From NCBI GenBank assembly GCA_963779415.1, contig CAVZYA010000002.1, positions 256,001 to 320,000 of the forward strand: DNA of 64,000 nucleotides, in the 5' to 3' direction. How positions within the stretch are numbered: the stretch's first letter is position 1; the number at the start of each line of letters is the position of its first letter. The position numbers were made by a program, and so were the translations under genes. The notes under the pieces are model-generated. The model was not told the origin of the DNA and did not search any database. It worked only from the letters and a program-made list of their open reading frames with translations. Shown here piece after piece: positions 61,090 to 64,000 of the stretch. Source of the stretch: an uncultured Acidobacteriota bacterium (GTDB taxonomy: Bacteria > Acidobacteriota > Thermoanaerobaculia > UBA5066).

Positions 61090-62783
61090 CGACGAACCGC
61101 TTCTTCGCCTCGGACTCCGAGAAGCGGGCCTGGCTCGCGCTTCTCGTCCTCGCGACGCTCCTGAGGATCGTCGCGCTCGGAGCCCGCCCGTTCCACCACG
61201 ACGAGTCGATCCACGCCTGGGCCTCGAACCGCCTCGCGTTCGAAGGGGAGTACGTCTACGACCCGGTCTACCACGGGCCGGTCCAGTATTACCTCGTCGC
61301 GGCCGCCCTCCGGATCGAGGGGCTCTTCGCAGACCCGAAGGCGATGGTTCCGGGAGAGGGGGACATGGCGGCGCGGCTCCCCGCGGCGCTCGGCGGCGTC
61401 GCGCTCGTCGCCCTCGCGCTCCTCCTTCGCCCCCGCTTCGGGGAGACGGTCGCGTTCGTCTCCGGCGCCCTCCTCGCCGTCTCGCCGAACTTCCTCTACT
61501 ACACCCGCTTCTGCCGGGAGGACATCTGGAGCCTCCTGGGAACCGCCGGAGGATTTCTCTTCCTCGATTCCTGGGTTCGCGGGAGCCGCCTCCGCGATCT
61601 CGCCTTCTCGTCGCTCTTCTTCTCGGTCGCCTTCGCGTCGAAGGAGAACTTCTACGTCCTTTGCGCCCTGATGGCGCCTTCGATCGTCGCGGCGTGGGCC
61701 GAGCCGGGACGGTGCTTCGACGTCTGGAACCGCCTGCGCCGGCTGATCGACTTTCTGGAGAAGAACGCCGTCGCCGTCGCCGCGGCGATCCTCCTCTTCT
61801 TCAACGTCTCGCTTCTCCTCTACACCGTCTTCCTGACGCACCCCGAGTCGGGCAACCCGGTCCTGACGGCGATCAGCTACTGGTGGGGACAGCACAAGGT
61901 GGAACGGGTCGGCGGGCCGAAGTCGTACTACCTGCCGCGGATCCTTCAGTACGAGTTCGCGATCGTCGTCCCCGCGCTCCTCTTCGTCTTCCGGAAATGG
62001 CGAAGCCTCTCCGCCGTCGAGCGGTTCCTCGCGGGGTGGGGAATCTCCTCCCTCCTGATGTACGCGTGGCTCGGCGAGAAGACACCGTGGCTTCTGCTCC
62101 ATCAGATCCTCCCGTTCGTCCCGCTCGCGGCGAAGGCGTGGGTCGAGGGGTGGGAGAGGAGCCGGACGTGGCGGACGGCGGGGGTTCTCGCGGGCGCCGT
62201 GACGGTCTGGTTCTCTCTCGGCCTCTCGTTCGTCCACCCGGCCCTGACGCCGGCCGTGCCGAAGGCGGAGTCGGTCGTCTACGTCCAGACGGCGCCGGAA
62301 ATGCTCGATCTGCGCGACAGGATCCTCGCCTACGGACGCGTGGGGGAGGTGCCGGCCGCCATCATTGTGGGCGAAGCCGGGTGGCCGATGAGCTGGTACG
62401 TCCGGCGCGCCCCGGTCAACTGGGAGATGCCGCGAGGCGACCTCAGGCCGCCGATCGTCGTCTGCGACGTCAGCCAGGCTCCGAAGGCCGCGGCGGCTCT
62501 CGGGCCAGGCTACGTTCGCGACGCGGACGTGCCGCTCCGTGCATGGTGGATTCCCGAGAGTTCCCTCTCGCCCCTCGTCCCGTCACCGGGCGATCTCCTC
62601 CGGTATCTCGTGACACGGGAGGTCTGGCGCGGCAATCTTCCTCCCGGAATGAACCCCATCGGGGCCGTCTACGTCGCCGTCCTCCGCCGCACGGGGCCCG
62701 CCCCTTCGCCGGTCGGTGGATCGCCGGCCGTGGCGCCGGCTCCTCCACAACCGGCCGGGGTGGAGAAGAAGGCCTCGCCATGA
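61086..62783 (+). CDS. TIGR03663/Agl23-like GT-C membrane protein
   Basis: RPFHHDESIH, YDPVYHGP, YYTRFCRED, SKEN, EKTPW, VYVQT, WP.SWY motifs; GTG start overlaps the upstream stop. Confidence 0.88.
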   Translation: MTTNRFFASDSEKRAWLALLVLATLLRIVALGARPFHHDESIHAWASNRLAFEGEYVYDPVYHGPVQYYLVAAALRIEGLFADPKAMVPGEGDMAARLPAALGGVALVALALLLRPRFGETVAFVSGALLAVSPNFLYYTRFCREDIWSLLGTAGGFLFLDSWVRGSRLRDLAFSSLFFSVAFASKENFYVLCALMAPSIVAAWAEPGRCFDVWNRLRRLIDFLEKNAVAVAAAILLFFNVSLLLYTVFLTHPESGNPVLTAISYWWGQHKVERVGGPKSYYLPRILQYEFAIVVPALLFVFRKWRSLSAVERFLAGWGISSLLMYAWLGEKTPWLLLHQILPFVPLAAKAWVEGWERSRTWRTAGVLAGAVTVWFSLGLSFVHPALTPAVPKAESVVYVQTAPEMLDLRDRILAYGRVGEVPAAIIVGEAGWPMSWYVRRAPVNWEMPRGDLRPPIVVCDVSQAPKAAAALGPGYVRDADVPLRAWWIPESSLSPLVPSPGDLLRYLVTREVWRGNLPPGMNPIGAVYVAVLRRTGPAPSPVGGSPAVAPAPPQPAGVEKKASP

Positions 62784-63808
62784 CGCGCGGACCCGGGCTT
62801 TCCGTCGTCCTCCCGGTCTTCAACGAGATCGAGAATCTTCCCGAACTCAAGCGGCGTCTCGTGGAGGTTCTGGAGCGGTGCGGAAAGAGCTGGGAAATCG
62901 TCTTCGTGGACGACGGGAGCCGCGACGGGTCGTTCGAGAAGATGGCCGCCTTCGCCCGGGAGGAGCCCCGGATCCGCGTCGTCCGCTTCGCGCGCAACTT
63001 CGGCCACCAGATGGCGCTGACGGCCGGGATCGACCACGCGCAGGGGGAATACGTCGCCGTGATGGACGCCGACCTGCAGGACCCCCCCGAGCTTCTCCCC
63101 GAGATGTTGAAAAAGGCGGCCGAGGGGGCCGAGGTCGTCTACGCGCAGCGGACGGCCCGCGAAGGGGAGACGGCTTTCAAGAGAGCGACGGCCGCGGCTT
63201 TCTACCGGCTGATGCGACGCTGGACGAACGTGGAGATTCCGGTCGACACCGGGGACTTCCGGCTGATGGGGCCACGGGCCGTCCATGCCTTCCGGAGCCT
63301 CCGCGAGCGGCACCGGTTCATCCGGGGTTTGACGGCATGGGTCGGCTTCACGCAGACGGCCGTGCCGTACGTCCGCCCGCCGCGGACCCGCGGCGAGACG
63401 AAGTGGCCCCTCCGGAAGATGCTCCGCTTCGCCATCGATGCCCTGACGTCGTTCAGCCACGTCCCGCTGCAGCTCGCCACATGGCTCGGCTTCGTCGTCT
63501 CCGCGTTTTCGTTCTTCTACATCGTCGTCGTCCTCGTCCTGAAGATCCGTGGCGTCAACGTGACCGGCTGGACCACCCTGATGTTCTTCATCCTCTTCCT
63601 CGGAGGGGTGCAGCTCATCGTCGTCGGGGTCCTCGGGGAGTACGTCGGACGGATCTACGAGGAGGTCAAGCGCCGCCCGCTCTACCTCGTGGCCGAGATC
63701 GTGGGGGGGTCCGGGGGGGCCACAGCCCCCCCGGGCAGCGGATCTCCCGGCGACAAAGAGACGCCGGCATCTCCCGACGACGAGCCCCGCCCCTTCCACG
63801 CCTCCTGA
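62780..63808 (+). CDS. GT2 polyprenol-phosphate glycosyltransferase (GtrB/ArnC-like)
   Basis: P.FNE, VDDGSRD, RNFGHQ, MDADLQDPP and TGDFRL motifs; two C-terminal TMs; GEYVGRIY.EVK.RP.Y. Confidence 0.95.
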   Translation: MTRGPGLSVVLPVFNEIENLPELKRRLVEVLERCGKSWEIVFVDDGSRDGSFEKMAAFAREEPRIRVVRFARNFGHQMALTAGIDHAQGEYVAVMDADLQDPPELLPEMLKKAAEGAEVVYAQRTAREGETAFKRATAAAFYRLMRRWTNVEIPVDTGDFRLMGPRAVHAFRSLRERHRFIRGLTAWVGFTQTAVPYVRPPRTRGETKWPLRKMLRFAIDALTSFSHVPLQLATWLGFVVSAFSFFYIVVVLVLKIRGVNVTGWTTLMFFILFLGGVQLIVVGVLGEYVGRIYEEVKRRPLYLVAEIVGGSGGATAPPGSGSPGDKETPASPDDEPRPFHAS

Positions 63809-63878
63809 GGCATCCGCCCGATTGAAAACTACCCGGCCGGGGGGTAGGTTTCGGGACGAGATCTCGAGGGAGGATGCA

Positions 63879-64000
63879 ATGAGAACTCTCCGTGGGCTCC
63901 TGGCGCTCCCGGTCGTCCTGACCTTTGTCGCCGGTGCCGCTTCCGCCGATTCCCCGCAACAGACCGCCGGCGCGCCGAGCACCGAGAGCCTCGCCTGCGT
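63879..64000 (+). CDS. Secreted protein, runs off the end of the window
   Basis: GGAGG RBS; MRTLRGLLALPVVLTFVAGAASA signal peptide. Confidence 0.55.
   Translation, partial: MRTLRGLLALPVVLTFVAGAASADSPQQTAGAPSTESLAC

Overview
High-GC bacterial DNA. The gene repertoire (Hanks kinases with TolB-like propellers, LiaF/LytS/LytTR, DUF2298 and TIGR03663 GT-C proteins) suggests Acidobacteriota, possibly Thermoanaerobaculia-like; this is an inference. Single-base indels break many genes and look like long-read assembly errors, so several calls join ORF fragments and have approximate ends. The left part (1-30.6 kb) holds a kinase, a sugar uptake/salvage operon, a LytTR three-gene system with a visible 21-bp-period operator, and a large membrane glycosylation cluster that resumes at 57.6-63.8 kb. 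Between these lies a ~27 kb accessory region with five parts: (i) a decaying integrase-less integron cassette array, with attC-like sites at about 31.45, 32.04, 34.14, 34.63, 34.97 and 35.6 kb; (ii) two ~700-bp direct repeats, each carrying the same 140-aa membrane-protein gene plus terminator, bracketing a four-gene unit of lipoprotein, helical protein, 4TM protein and a 1176-aa double-patatin; (iii) a second patatin followed by a lower-GC block (secreted beta-rich protein, Ala-rich/4TM protein) and a tandem Trypco2-like lipoprotein; (iv) a frameshifted kinase, small protein and radical SAM/SPASM unit; (v) a nucleotidyltransferase pair. The repeat-bracketed patatin/membrane-effector modules are the best candidate for an undescribed conflict system. 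No rRNA, tRNA, CRISPR array, transposase or integrase was recognised.
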